A DNA stretch of 64,000 bases from Escherichia phage vB_EcoM_IME392. The notes under the pieces are model-generated. The model ran no database searches, was not told the origin of the DNA, and saw only the letters and a program-made list of their open reading frames with translations. Of this stretch, positions 31,654-42,012 are shown in pieces; the stretch's first letter is position 1, and each line of letters opens with the position of its first letter. The translations under genes were made by a program, and so were the position numbers. Where the stretch lies: the sequence record MH719082.1; one strand, written 5' to 3'.

Positions 31654-33231
31654 ATGGCAGAAAACGAAGTGGTCTCTAAGCAAGACTTAGATGACAAACC
31701 TGGTTCTCGCCAGGAGGTCTTAGCAAAGTTGCTAGACGATACCATCACTATGAAGCATAGTGATGGATTGTTGGGCACGGTACAGGCTTACCTTACCGAT
31801 CGCCTTACCAATATGGTAACCACTCGTGAAAAGTATTTCAACGAGCTGGCGAGATTTCGCTATAACTATATCACAGCTGGTATCTATGATATCATCTGCA
31901 ATGACGTGCTCACCAATACGGATGATGGTGGATTCGTCATAGAGATTGAAGGTGATGAAGAACTGACTCAGGAGGCGAACGAGCTAATTAAGGCTCTGGC
32001 CATCCCGGACTTCCTCACCTCCATTTTGCCGGAGTTACTGCACTATGGATCATACCCCTTAAGACCGTCACTGGAAGATGGCGAGGGATTGATTGGGTTG
32101 GTGGATGATTTTGATCCGCGTGATGTTATCGCAGTAACTGATTCATCCGGCCTTCCTATTTTCTTCTTCGTGAATTACACGACTAAAGATGCTGGGTACA
32201 TAGACTATGAGTCTCGTCAGAAGATGGAGTATCTAGGTCCTCAAGAGGTATCTTACCTCTCTCTGGATCAGAACTTCATTAAGCTGCCGATTCCCGATAA
32301 AGTCACTGCCCAGATGAAGCGTAAAATTACGGAAGAGTTGGGTGAAGACGAACCTATGGCTAAGCTCATGGGTAAGTCGATTAAAATTCGTTCGTCCTTG
32401 TCATTCTTATGGGGATCTCTGGATAAGCTCAAGAATATCTTGATGCTGGATAAGGTTAACGTCTATAAGACGCTGGCTAACCTCCTGAGTCCGTCTGTAA
32501 TCGGTGTTCCTCTCCCGAATAATAACGACATTAAGCAGATGAAGTCTATAGTCAACGACTATGACCAAATCATTAACAGTACTAACCTGTTTGCTGCTGA
32601 TATGAGTAACCTCCAGTTTAACCTGCAGGATATTGTATCAGTTAAAGTCGTTCCTATCTCTGGAGATCGGTCTGTACCTCAGATCCTGGATACTGGTAAG
32701 TCGGATAACACTATCGATCCAGAGAAGATCAGATCCGAGTTAGAGGTTCTGTTACAGTCCTATGGTATTCCTCTGGAATTATTCCTCGGAAGCCTTTCCT
32801 CTAAGGATAACCTAAGGACGAATATTCGTTATGCTAAGAAGATCAAGCGCATCGGTAAGAGCCTGTGTAAATGGCTGCAATATCTGCTGCTGTTACACTT
32901 CGGCTTTAAATACGAGAATCTGGATCTCGAGTTATCTGAAATTAAGGTAACACTGAAGTCCTCTATTAACGTAGATGCTCTTGAGAATATGGAGACTCAA
33001 GATCTTCTTATCACAAGTATTAATGGTATGACTGGGATGCTGGATTCTCTGAAGAACGAGATCGAGAACTCCAATTATACTATTGATAACGATGCTCTGC
33101 TTAAGGTAGTCGCGGATACTCTCGCAGACATAGGCTCTCCGTTCCACGGAGTAATTAAGCTTAAGTCCGAGGTCCCTATAACCCAGCAGACTCCTCCTGC
33201 TCCCCCAGAAGATGGTGAAGAGAATGAATAA
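31654..33231 (+). CDS. Portal protein
   Basis: 525 aa, immediately after TerL (the TAA and ATG abut), acidic C-terminus. Assigned by position and size. Confidence 0.65.
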   Translation: MAENEVVSKQDLDDKPGSRQEVLAKLLDDTITMKHSDGLLGTVQAYLTDRLTNMVTTREKYFNELARFRYNYITAGIYDIICNDVLTNTDDGGFVIEIEGDEELTQEANELIKALAIPDFLTSILPELLHYGSYPLRPSLEDGEGLIGLVDDFDPRDVIAVTDSSGLPIFFFVNYTTKDAGYIDYESRQKMEYLGPQEVSYLSLDQNFIKLPIPDKVTAQMKRKITEELGEDEPMAKLMGKSIKIRSSLSFLWGSLDKLKNILMLDKVNVYKTLANLLSPSVIGVPLPNNNDIKQMKSIVNDYDQIINSTNLFAADMSNLQFNLQDIVSVKVVPISGDRSVPQILDTGKSDNTIDPEKIRSELEVLLQSYGIPLELFLGSLSSKDNLRTNIRYAKKIKRIGKSLCKWLQYLLLLHFGFKYENLDLELSEIKVTLKSSINVDALENMETQDLLITSINGMTGMLDSLKNEIENSNYTIDNDALLKVVADTLADIGSPFHGVIKLKSEVPITQQTPPAPPEDGEENE

Positions 33232-33478
33232 ATCTGAGCTGCTTATGCAAGCTGTTGATGAGTCTGCTGCTACTACGTACACGCTGACTCGCCTTGCAAA
33301 AGATAACAGCGATACCGTAAATGGTGTGCTGGATAACTTCCTCCGTGACGTGCAGATCCACGATGCTGGCGCTACTGCATCTACCGATGACAATGGCGAT
33401 CTCACAGTAACTACTCGCCTCGGCGATGGTCTGACTTATATCATGGAAAAGTACGGCTTCAGCTACACTAAGTCGTAA
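33212..33478 (+). CDS. Hypothetical small head-module protein
   Basis: ORF overlapping the portal 3' end. The real start could be the ATG at 33224. Confidence 0.45.
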   Translation: MVKRMNKSELLMQAVDESAATTYTLTRLAKDNSDTVNGVLDNFLRDVQIHDAGATASTDDNGDLTVTTRLGDGLTYIMEKYGFSYTKS

Positions 33479-33490
33479 TAAGGAACCGCT

Positions 33491-34927
33491 ATGGAAGTCG
33501 TAGACTCAGTCAATGCTGTTGACTTAGTTGAGGTATCCGAGGCAGTCCAATTCGACGTAGTTGAAAACGCATCCGAAGTTGATGGAAAATACGTCCTAGC
33601 GAAAGCTGTAGGTCCTGCGTTCTTTCCTGGTCAAACCTCTGGTAATAAAGTTTATTACCCCGAGGCGCTCTGGGAAAAAGTGCTGGCCGATGGGGACGTT
33701 AATTCCCGGCTGCAAAACCGTACCATGTTTGGTACGATTGGTCACGACATTGAGGATATCAATGACGAGGTCATCCGTCGAGGCGAACTGTCTCATATCG
33801 TAACTAAACTTTTTGTAGATGATGCTGGTGTAGGTCGAGCTGAGTATCTGGTGGTCAATACCCCGACTGGTCAGATTCTCAACACGCTACTCCGAGCAGG
33901 CTCTAAGCTGCGGGTGTCTACAAAGGCTAAGGGAGCGTTGTCCCATCCAGATGAGAATGGGGTCAAAACTCTCAGAAGCTACTATCTTAAAAGGATAGAC
34001 TTCGTACTTACCCCAGGATTCGAGCAGGCACTGCCCGAAGTAGCAGAGTCTCTGAACAAAATCCGTAACCAACTACCAGATCCCGTCGAGGAGAGTAAAA
34101 TGGAACAGAACGAATTCATTGAGCACCTTAAGACTGAGAACGCTCAGCTGAAGGCTCAGGTTGATGAATCCAAGCAGGCCAATACGGTCCTGAAAACTCA
34201 GCTGGATGAAGCGAAGACCCAACTGGCTACCGCTACCGCCCAGCTGGCTGAAGTTAACGAGTCCCTGGCTAAATACCAGACTCTGGGTACCTTCGAGCAG
34301 GTAGACGAAGCACTGACTAAAGGTGCGGAAACTATCACCACTCTGAAAGAGTCTCTGAACGAGGCTATCGAAGAGTCTGCTCACGACGTCCACGATCTGG
34401 AAGTCGTAGAAGAAGCTCTGGAGAAATACAAAGAGCTGGGTACTCCTGAAGAGATCTCCGAAGCTATCGCCACCCTGAATGGCTTGATCGAAGAGAAAGA
34501 GACCCAGGTCTGCGAATCTCTGGCCAAGAAATTCAAACGCAGCCCGAGCATGATTAAAACCATGCAGACTGCGCTGGGTGGCCTGGATAAAGTCGAAGAA
34601 GCTCTGGTAGCTGAAGCTGCCGAACTGGGCATCAAAATCGACGAATCCGACGATGGCGAAGATAAAGGCGACGGTAAAGACGATAAGGGTGATGACAAAT
34701 CCGACAAGAAAGATGGTGGGGATGACAAAGGCGACGATGCCGATGAATCCAAGAAAACTCCGTCTAAAGTCGAAGAGTCCCTGAATCGTGTAAATCGCCT
34801 GGGATCTCTGATGTCTACCAAACAGATCCGCACCAATCTGATTAATACCCAGAAAGTTGACGAGTCTGCTGGTAAAACTGCCGACGCGCCTCAATCTCGT
34901 GCCGGTAAACTGATGTCTCGTCGATAA
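33491..34927 (+). CDS. Prohead scaffolding protein, possibly protease-scaffold fusion
   Basis: Globular N-terminal ~190 aa, then long coiled-coil Q/E/A/L-rich region and a K/D/G-rich acidic tract. Lies between portal and capsid. Confidence 0.5.
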   Translation: MEVVDSVNAVDLVEVSEAVQFDVVENASEVDGKYVLAKAVGPAFFPGQTSGNKVYYPEALWEKVLADGDVNSRLQNRTMFGTIGHDIEDINDEVIRRGELSHIVTKLFVDDAGVGRAEYLVVNTPTGQILNTLLRAGSKLRVSTKAKGALSHPDENGVKTLRSYYLKRIDFVLTPGFEQALPEVAESLNKIRNQLPDPVEESKMEQNEFIEHLKTENAQLKAQVDESKQANTVLKTQLDEAKTQLATATAQLAEVNESLAKYQTLGTFEQVDEALTKGAETITTLKESLNEAIEESAHDVHDLEVVEEALEKYKELGTPEEISEAIATLNGLIEEKETQVCESLAKKFKRSPSMIKTMQTALGGLDKVEEALVAEAAELGIKIDESDDGEDKGDGKDDKGDDKSDKKDGGDDKGDDADESKKTPSKVEESLNRVNRLGSLMSTKQIRTNLINTQKVDESAGKTADAPQSRAGKLMSRR

Positions 34928-34982
34928 CAGACTCAGTATCCGTAAGTGTAATTTGACTTTCCATGATTAAGGACTAATTTTC

Positions 34983-36410
34983 ATGACTAAGCAGAATATC
35001 GTGCTGTCTAACGTCGACGAGGCCTCCGCAGATGTAATGGCTAACGCCTACTTCGACAAATACAGCGAGCAAATGGATGCATACGCATCTAACTCCATCC
35101 TGGCGCGTGTTAACGAAAGCCTGTCTCCGTTCGAAATGATCGCAGTCGGCCAGACTCTGGACCAGTACCAGGGTTACCAGAAGTACGTCAACGAATCCAT
35201 GAGTGGCCTGGCATCTATGGGTGCTATTCCGGCAATCGCTCTGGACGTTATTACCGCATCTGTCGGTAACTCAATCCTGCCTCTGATCTGCTCTATCCAG
35301 CCGATCCCTGAAGAGCATGGTATTGTTTACTACCGTCAGATCAAAGCATCCCAGACCTCCGGCGGTTACAACGCAGGCGACGTGATCCGTGATCCGCTGT
35401 CTCGTGATAATCCTGGCGAAGGTACCCTGGGTGCCCAGCGTCGTCAGCAGGTAATCGGCACCGGTAACGGCACCGAAACTAACTTCGCTGCTACTCTGGA
35501 ACTGTATCCTGTTCGTCCGAACATGGTCTTCGTCAACATCCCTGGTGTTGGTAATGGTCAGGACGACGGTAACGGTAAGATCCTGGGCTTCGGCTTCGAT
35601 GGTACCATCAACTACAAAACTGGCGCGATCACTATCGCAGCTAAAGCAGCTGTTCCTAACACTGCTCAGGTTGCTGTTCGCTTCGACGTTGATGTTGATC
35701 TGCTGGATAACCTGGATAAAATCCAGGCTGGTCTGATCTCCAAAGATATCCGTGCGGAAATCTGGACCCTGGCTGCTGATATCGGCACCTTCGCTAACTT
35801 CGCCTTCCAGAATCGCTTCGGCCGTTCTGCAGAAGACGAAGTCGCATCCGACCTGTCCAACGAAATCACTAACGTCCTGAACGTTCGTGCTATCAAACAG
35901 ATCGCTGCGATGGCTATCGGAGAAACTATCTGGGATCAGACTCCTCCGGCTGGTGTTTCCTACGCTGAGCACAAACTGACTCTGGTTGATACCTTTGCTC
36001 GTGCTGAATCCGTGTTGCACAACAACGCTGGTGTAGGCTCTGTGAACCGTATCATCTGCGGTCGCTCTGCTGCTGCGGTATTCCGTGGTATGCCTGAGTT
36101 CACCCCAGCAGGTCAGTCTGTCGGTACTTCCGTATCTCTGTACGGCTTCTACGACGGCGTGCCGGTAATTCGTGCAACTGGTGTTATCGAAGATAACGCT
36201 GCGTATCTGATCTGCAACCCGGACGGTTACTTCAACTGCCCGCTGGCATACTCTCCGTTCATGCCGCTGATCGTTACCGATACCATCCAGAACCCGAACA
36301 ACCCGTTCCGTGGTACTAAAGCTGCTGGCGTTTGGGCGGGTATGACCCAGCTGAACCCGAACCTGGTAACCAAACTGACCTTCAAACTGGCTAACTTCTC
36401 TGGTAGCTAA
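34983..36410 (+). CDS. Major capsid protein
   Basis: 475 aa following the scaffold. Strongly E. coli-optimal codons (ctg, cgt, ggt, aac), followed by a strong terminator. Confidence 0.7.
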   Translation: MTKQNIVLSNVDEASADVMANAYFDKYSEQMDAYASNSILARVNESLSPFEMIAVGQTLDQYQGYQKYVNESMSGLASMGAIPAIALDVITASVGNSILPLICSIQPIPEEHGIVYYRQIKASQTSGGYNAGDVIRDPLSRDNPGEGTLGAQRRQQVIGTGNGTETNFAATLELYPVRPNMVFVNIPGVGNGQDDGNGKILGFGFDGTINYKTGAITIAAKAAVPNTAQVAVRFDVDVDLLDNLDKIQAGLISKDIRAEIWTLAADIGTFANFAFQNRFGRSAEDEVASDLSNEITNVLNVRAIKQIAAMAIGETIWDQTPPAGVSYAEHKLTLVDTFARAESVLHNNAGVGSVNRIICGRSAAAVFRGMPEFTPAGQSVGTSVSLYGFYDGVPVIRATGVIEDNAAYLICNPDGYFNCPLAYSPFMPLIVTDTIQNPNNPFRGTKAAGVWAGMTQLNPNLVTKLTFKLANFSGS

Positions 36411-36436
36411 GATTTGATGCGTTAAGTTGGCATTAG

Positions 36437-36469
36437 CTACGGCCTCTTATTGAGGCCGTAGTTTTTCTT
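36437..36469 (+). terminator. Rho-independent terminator after the capsid gene
   Basis: 10-bp stem ctacggcctc / gaggccgtag (36437-36446 / 36452-36461), then ttttt 36462-36466. Confidence 0.8.
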
Positions 36470-36482
36470 GTTTTAATTTACT

Positions 36483-36512
36483 TTGACATATCTCGATTAG
36501 TCAAACTAAATT
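36483..36512 (+). promoter_or_regulatory. Sigma70-like promoter
   Basis: TTGACA (36483-36488), an 18-nt spacer, then TAAATT (36507-36512). It lies about 45 nt upstream of ATG 36560. Confidence 0.45.
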
Positions 36513-36559
36513 TAGTCAGGACGACACACTAGCACTAACCACCAACCAAAGAGGTAGAT

Positions 36560-37276
36560 ATGTATAAGGTAACTAATAAGTCCGAGTACACTGTTCAAGC
36601 TAACCTATCCGCAGACGGTCCGGTAAGCATCGCTCCTAAAGAGAGTCTGACCATTCGTAACCCGTCTCGCGATTTCGTTAAAGAGATCGGTCGCGTATCT
36701 AACCTGCTTTCCTATACGGAAGTAAGTGGTGATGCGTCTGGTGATCAGACCGATAAAGACGAAGTGGTCGTAGCTGAGCCAGAACATCCGAACTCGCTGG
36801 ACAAAGAGCCAGGTACTGTTATTCAGGGTACTGCTCTGACCAAAGAAGAAATTAACACTGCTGCTGAGCGCTCTGATCATAAGATCAATGACAAAGTGCC
36901 CGACACTGCGGTAGTTGGCGCTAACCAGGATGCTGCTGCACCTAAAACTGGTGGCGAGTCTAACGTCGCTCCTAAAGAAGTGACTGACGCAGAATTAAAT
37001 AACGCTGGCGCTGGCGCTGCTGCCGGTGGTGAAGATCAGGGTACTGGTAATGCGGAAGATGCTTCTGCAGATAAATCCGACTCTGGCATCCGTCAGTTTA
37101 CCGGTGAAGAACCTACCAAATCTGAAGATGACGGCGAAGGTGAGCAGTACACTCGCGAAGAGCTGGAATCTACTCACTGGGCTACCGTTAAGAGCATCGC
37201 GGAATCTAACGGTATTGACTACACCAACAAAGGTGAAGCGATCACCGCTATTCTGGATGCTAAAGTAACCAAGTAA
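36560..37276 (+). CDS. Acidic 238-aa protein with C-terminal HeH/Rho-N-like motif
   Basis: Own promoter-like element and the preceding terminator. Low-complexity acidic middle. C-terminal HWATVKSIAESNGIDYTNKGEAITAIL resembles HeH/SAP-type helix-extension-helix modules. Confidence 0.4.
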   Translation: MYKVTNKSEYTVQANLSADGPVSIAPKESLTIRNPSRDFVKEIGRVSNLLSYTEVSGDASGDQTDKDEVVVAEPEHPNSLDKEPGTVIQGTALTKEEINTAAERSDHKINDKVPDTAVVGANQDAAAPKTGGESNVAPKEVTDAELNNAGAGAAAGGEDQGTGNAEDASADKSDSGIRQFTGEEPTKSEDDGEGEQYTREELESTHWATVKSIAESNGIDYTNKGEAITAILDAKVTK

Positions 37277-37309
37277 TAGCTAAAATTCAACGAGCCTACG
37301 GAGCATAGT

Positions 37310-37846
37310 ATGGATATTCGCAGTTTAGTTCTCCAGGGAACAGATACTCTCAGGAAGAATCAATATCCTACTGGTAAAGTAGGCTCGTTCGATTTTAACT
37401 ATGTTATGAGAAATAAACAGCTCATCGTTAAATCTCAGGCACGCCCTTCCAGTGGTGAATCGTATTCGGCATATCAGTCCCAGATTGTATTCTCTGGAGT
37501 AGGTTATTCTGATGTTCCGTCTCCTGATTTCCCTCTGACGTACAATTCTCCTAACGGGAAGATTTATCTTCAGAAGCCTACCACTCGGAATACTGTCCAG
37601 ATCAGATGTTCTTGTAAGGACGATTATTTCATGTGGCAGTACCCTAATAAGTCTAAGGGTGCTCTCCTGGGTAGATTTAAGCCGTATGTACGTAAAACAA
37701 CGGATCGTCCTCCTAGAAACCCAGGCAACGTACCAGGAATGTGTAAACATGCTCTGGCTCTCGTGAAGAATCTGTTTTCTATGGGAGTTCTCCAGCCTGA
37801 TTCTCAGGTACAAGAGTACTTATCAAGACCAACTAGGAGTATATAA
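37310..37846 (+). CDS. SWIM zinc-finger protein
   Basis: CxC...CxH pattern: IRCSCKDDYFMW ... GMCKHALALV. Confidence 0.55.
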   Translation: MDIRSLVLQGTDTLRKNQYPTGKVGSFDFNYVMRNKQLIVKSQARPSSGESYSAYQSQIVFSGVGYSDVPSPDFPLTYNSPNGKIYLQKPTTRNTVQIRCSCKDDYFMWQYPNKSKGALLGRFKPYVRKTTDRPPRNPGNVPGMCKHALALVKNLFSMGVLQPDSQVQEYLSRPTRSI

Positions 37847-38133
37847 TGGTAACTGCAGCAGAAGTTCTTTCGTCTGTTGACGAAGCCACTTATACGATCA
37901 AGCGCATCAAACAGATTCGTGACGGTCGTCTGGTGATTCGTCAGAAGCGTCAGTACGCTGGTCCGGCACCTAAGCCAGGATTTAAGCGTAATCCTCAGAC
38001 TGGCAACATCGAGAAGATGACAGCTACTGAGCACCGTAAGCGTTCTAAAGCTGTCCGTAAGGTACAGCGTAAGGCCACGGTTAAGCTGAAACGCGCTAAA
38101 TCAATTCGTCGCAGAGAGGCTATGGGGTTATGA
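37846..38133 (+). CDS. Small basic protein
   Basis: 95 aa, K/R-rich C-terminus. ATGA-type overlaps on both sides. Confidence 0.45.
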   Translation: MVTAAEVLSSVDEATYTIKRIKQIRDGRLVIRQKRQYAGPAPKPGFKRNPQTGNIEKMTATEHRKRSKAVRKVQRKATVKLKRAKSIRRREAMGL

Positions 38134-38759
38134 GTCTGAGCTATGATGAACTCGTTGAATCGTTCCTGTTAGAATCAGGGCAATTTATTCTGGATAGTCT
38201 GGATGATACTGCTCTTACGCAGGACCGAGTGGAGCTTATCATAGCTAAAGAGCTAGCCACCTACTCCAGATATAAACCTAATCTGGTTACTGGAGCTTTG
38301 AATCTCTGGAATAACCGAAGATTTACTGGTAAGGATGAGCACGGTAATCCTGAGCCCATCCCTATCGTAATTCACCGACTATTCGTTAATGGTGGTTTTA
38401 CTCGCTTGATCACCAACAATAGATTCGGTACCATCTCCCAGAACTACTGGCGCTTCGATAACGGAGTGTTCAATATGTATATGGAAGATGGGCAGTACTT
38501 GTGTGAGTATGCAGTAGCGCACACCTATAATAAAGAAACTAAGTCAATCGACTCCTTAGACTTAACAGCAACTACGTTCATGAGTATGGTTCATGGTAAG
38601 ATGATGCAAGTCTTAGGCAGGTCCCGACGAGCCTTCCAGATCAGTGATAGTCCTATACTGATGGATGGTGATGCACTAATAGCGGACGGCCAACAGATGT
38701 ATGACCAGGCTATGGAAGATCTTAAAACCCAGAGCGATTACATGTTGGCTTCTATGTAA
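38130..38759 (+). CDS. Head completion / connector protein (by position only)
   Basis: ORF between the head and tail modules. Confidence 0.35.
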   Translation: MSLSYDELVESFLLESGQFILDSLDDTALTQDRVELIIAKELATYSRYKPNLVTGALNLWNNRRFTGKDEHGNPEPIPIVIHRLFVNGGFTRLITNNRFGTISQNYWRFDNGVFNMYMEDGQYLCEYAVAHTYNKETKSIDSLDLTATTFMSMVHGKMMQVLGRSRRAFQISDSPILMDGDALIADGQQMYDQAMEDLKTQSDYMLASM

Positions 38760-38768
38760 GAGGCTTTT

Positions 38769-39332
38769 ATGGAGAAGAGAACTCACCAGGATAGACTGGA
38801 GGAGGCTTCCCGCAAGTTCGCATTAGTTCAAATACCTTTAGCAGTGAAAACTGCTGGTATATATTGTCGGTTGTATCGTAAAGTCAACGACCTACGTGAT
38901 GAGGTCTACGGCAATTACGGAGGAGTCGACGAACTAATCCCCATTACAGCGAACTCGGTGTATTCTGGCATGGATAATGCAGTTGCATCGGCATCAGGTT
39001 CGTCGCTGGACTTATCCAGCTTGGGTACTTTAGAGGACGGTGCGCTAGCTCAGAACGAAATCGACGTCTCTTCGGGCTACGAAGTAGAAGACGAGTTCCG
39101 AGTGCTGCTTACCGCATCTCAATGGCGAATAGTAGCGGGCTATGAGGGAGGCTTCCTCGAGGATAGCGGGTATGCTTTTGCTCTTACCTCCAAGGACTTA
39201 AAGACAGGTGATGTCGTAGAGTTCGACAGGAAAGACGGAGCTCTCGCGAGATTCCGAGTAATTAAGCCGGTATCTCTTGGTCGAAAAGTGGATATCGTTA
39301 CCAGATTCCAATTATCAAACATAGGGGATTGA
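38769..39332 (+). CDS. Head-tail joining protein (by position only)
   Basis: ORF between the head and tail modules. Confidence 0.3.
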   Translation: MEKRTHQDRLEEASRKFALVQIPLAVKTAGIYCRLYRKVNDLRDEVYGNYGGVDELIPITANSVYSGMDNAVASASGSSLDLSSLGTLEDGALAQNEIDVSSGYEVEDEFRVLLTASQWRIVAGYEGGFLEDSGYAFALTSKDLKTGDVVEFDRKDGALARFRVIKPVSLGRKVDIVTRFQLSNIGD

Positions 39333-39333
39333 T

Positions 39334-39999
39334 ATGGCTAGTTTGGCGATCACTCCTGCTGATGTAATTGCTGCTCTTAATAAGTGGTTAGCTACTAACT
39401 ATAAGACTGTTAAGAGTATCGTGTTTGATCCTATGGCTGGTTATGAAACATCCATAGAGAATGTCAGAGCCACGAGTATTCAATTGAATAACTATCGTGA
39501 GGCTAAATCCACGATGCCGATTCTGTCGTGGAACCGGACGCCCTTCCGCAGAGGAGATATGGGTAAAACCATATCCCAGAAGATGAAAGGTGCCGATGGT
39601 AAATGGTACAACGTAACTGTAGCCATGATGAAGATGGACTACAGATTCGTATTCTTCGCCACGAATATGAAAGATGTTGAGCAGTTTGAGGTTGACTGGT
39701 TAACACAGCGTGGGTTAAACGGGATTACGAATGCTACAGTGAACATGGGGCAGTCGCTAGGTGAATTTACCTTCGCCTTAAACTGGGGCATGTCTCTGGA
39801 AGATATAACCTTTAATCTGGAGACTAATTACTACAAAGCCTTAACTGGCTCTGCGGAGATTAGTGGACCGGTTATATCAGCCACGGAACTGGGTGAGGAT
39901 GACCTCAATAACCTTATCGAGGTGGTTGAGTTCCAACTCCAGTCCTGTAATGGCGGAGTACTTCCGGATAAGTTTACAATTACAGATCTCGGAGATTAA
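39334..39999 (+). CDS. Tail completion / neck protein (by position only)
   Basis: ORF preceding the sheath gene cluster. Confidence 0.3.
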   Translation: MASLAITPADVIAALNKWLATNYKTVKSIVFDPMAGYETSIENVRATSIQLNNYREAKSTMPILSWNRTPFRRGDMGKTISQKMKGADGKWYNVTVAMMKMDYRFVFFATNMKDVEQFEVDWLTQRGLNGITNATVNMGQSLGEFTFALNWGMSLEDITFNLETNYYKALTGSAEISGPVISATELGEDDLNNLIEVVEFQLQSCNGGVLPDKFTITDLGD

Positions 40000-40000
40000 G

Positions 40001-40192
40001 ATGTCTGAACAAAATAAAACCGACGCCCCAGTTAGCGAAAAGGTTCGCCTGTTCTCTATTGTGGATTATGACGTCGAGATCACCATTAAAGGTGGTCAAA
40101 CTATCCTCGTTCCTCCGAAGGGCATCCTGAAAGATGTTCCTAAAGAGTGGCTGGAAGATGTCAAACTTCCTGCTGGCGTTAAGATGAAATAA
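40001..40192 (+). CDS. Hypothetical 63-aa protein
   Basis: Start placed at ATG 40001 (GGAGATTAAG-ATG). The track's 39863 start overlaps the previous gene. Confidence 0.45.
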   Translation: MSEQNKTDAPVSEKVRLFSIVDYDVEITIKGGQTILVPPKGILKDVPKEWLEDVKLPAGVKMK

Positions 40193-40202
40193 GGAGATTT
40201 AA

Positions 40203-42002
40203 ATGTCTGCACCACGCGTAAGCTATGCGGAGCGCGATCTGAGTGCGTACGTTCCTGCCACTGAGACTATTTATGCGGCTATCGTAGTTGATGCTGTTAA
40301 AGGTCCGGTAGAGAAACCGATCGTGCCTGGCAATGCTCCCAACTTCCTGAAAATCTTTACGCCAAATGAGCAAATCGACATCGGTATGTCTACTGCGCAC
40401 TTCTCTGCGCTAACCGTGTTGGAGAAATACTCCAGCGTGGTGGTAGTTCGTGCTGCTTCTGCTGATGCTCGCTATTCAGGCGCTCTGGTAAATAAAGACG
40501 GTACCGTCGTTACTGCCAGTGATATTAAAGATCCGTCTGCAGTGGATATGGACGACGAGTCCTTCCTGATCGCAGCAGCTAACCAGGGTCTTTGGGGTGA
40601 TGAACTCCGCTTCCAGGTACTCGGCTATAAAGCTACTGAGACTGTCGCCGTAACTGGTGGTATTCTTAAGTCTACCCAGAAATGGGGTGCTGGTTATCCG
40701 GTTAAACTGGCTGGCTCTAACCTGCCTGCTGAAGTAAATGATTACACCACTTACTTCGCAGTACCTGCTGCTGGTGGTATTAAGCTGGCAACCAGCCGAG
40801 CTAATGCTACCGCATCTACTCCTGTTACATTGACCGTGTCCGATGCTACTGGAGTTATCGTATCTCCAGCTGTGGAGTACACCAAGATCCCTAATACCTT
40901 CAATCTGCGGGTATTTAAAGCGGACGATCTGGTTAATCCAGTGCTGGACGTAATCGGTTCTAAGATCAATGGTCTTAAGGATCAGGACAATAAGTCTCTG
41001 TACATCGAAGATGTTACTGCCGACAATATCTACGCTCAGGTGTTTAATAACCCTCTGAACACTGATCCGGTTACTGACATCGTTATCCCAGCAGCATTGG
41101 GTGGTGGTTCTAACGGATCTCCTGTTACCGATGGAGACTGTATTCGTGCTCTGAATAAGCTCAACAACCCTCGTGAATTCGCTATTAAAGTGATCATGAA
41201 CGGTGGTCGTACTTCTCAGGCATACGGTTCAGCGATCATCGCACTGGCAGAGTCCCGTGCTGACTGCGTCGGTATTACCTCGGTTCCTCTGACTGCACAG
41301 GGTGGTGTATCTCCTGCCCAGTCTATGGTTAACTATCGTAAGCACGACACTAACTGGGATACCAGTTATGCTGCCATGTATGCGCCTCACGTTAAGATCT
41401 ACGATCGTTACAACGACCGTAATCTGTGGGTATCTCCGGACGGCGTTGCGACGAAGGCTATCTTCGATACCGCATCTAACTTCGAGATCTGGTACCCAGT
41501 GGGTGGTAACAAGCGTGGCGTGGTTAACGTGCTGGATACGTACGTACACCTGCTAGACTCTGACCAGGATCTTCTGTATGATGCGGGTATTAACCCTATC
41601 GTATTCGAAGAAGGAGAAGGTATCAAGATCTGGGGTCAGAAGACTCTTCAGTATGCCAGCTCTATGCTGGATCGTCTGAATGTCCGACTCCTGCTGGTTA
41701 CCATCGGTCCGGCTATCCGTAAACTGCTGGCGAACTTCCTGTTCGAATTCAACGATGCGGATACTCGTGCGCTGGCTAAAGGTATGGTCGATACCTATAT
41801 GGATTCGATCATGGCTCGTCGCGGTGTTACTAAGTATGTCACTATCTGTGATGATACCAACAACACTGCAAGCGATGTGGATAACCATATCCTGCGAGTA
41901 AGCCTGCTGGTTTGCCCGAATAACTCGACCGAATACATCCCTCTGACTATTGGTATTACCAATAACAGTGTGGACTTCGATCTGGCCGCGGAAGCACTGT
42001 AA
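40203..42002 (+). CDS. Tail sheath protein
   Basis: 599 aa. C-terminal AGINPIVFEEGEGIKIWGQKTL matches the sheath-family block G.NpI....G..vWG.rT. Followed by the tube gene. Confidence 0.8.
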   Translation: MSAPRVSYAERDLSAYVPATETIYAAIVVDAVKGPVEKPIVPGNAPNFLKIFTPNEQIDIGMSTAHFSALTVLEKYSSVVVVRAASADARYSGALVNKDGTVVTASDIKDPSAVDMDDESFLIAAANQGLWGDELRFQVLGYKATETVAVTGGILKSTQKWGAGYPVKLAGSNLPAEVNDYTTYFAVPAAGGIKLATSRANATASTPVTLTVSDATGVIVSPAVEYTKIPNTFNLRVFKADDLVNPVLDVIGSKINGLKDQDNKSLYIEDVTADNIYAQVFNNPLNTDPVTDIVIPAALGGGSNGSPVTDGDCIRALNKLNNPREFAIKVIMNGGRTSQAYGSAIIALAESRADCVGITSVPLTAQGGVSPAQSMVNYRKHDTNWDTSYAAMYAPHVKIYDRYNDRNLWVSPDGVATKAIFDTASNFEIWYPVGGNKRGVVNVLDTYVHLLDSDQDLLYDAGINPIVFEEGEGIKIWGQKTLQYASSMLDRLNVRLLLVTIGPAIRKLLANFLFEFNDADTRALAKGMVDTYMDSIMARRGVTKYVTICDDTNNTASDVDNHILRVSLLVCPNNSTEYIPLTIGITNNSVDFDLAAEAL

Positions 42003-42012
42003 GGAGATCAGG

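Noticed and set aside
34073-36020. Long antisense ORFs (34073-34894, 34381-34836, 35271-36020) opposite the scaffold and capsid genes.
   Set aside because: These are typical artefacts of biased codon usage and repetitive acidic coding sequence. The products are low complexity and the late module is uniformly plus-strand.
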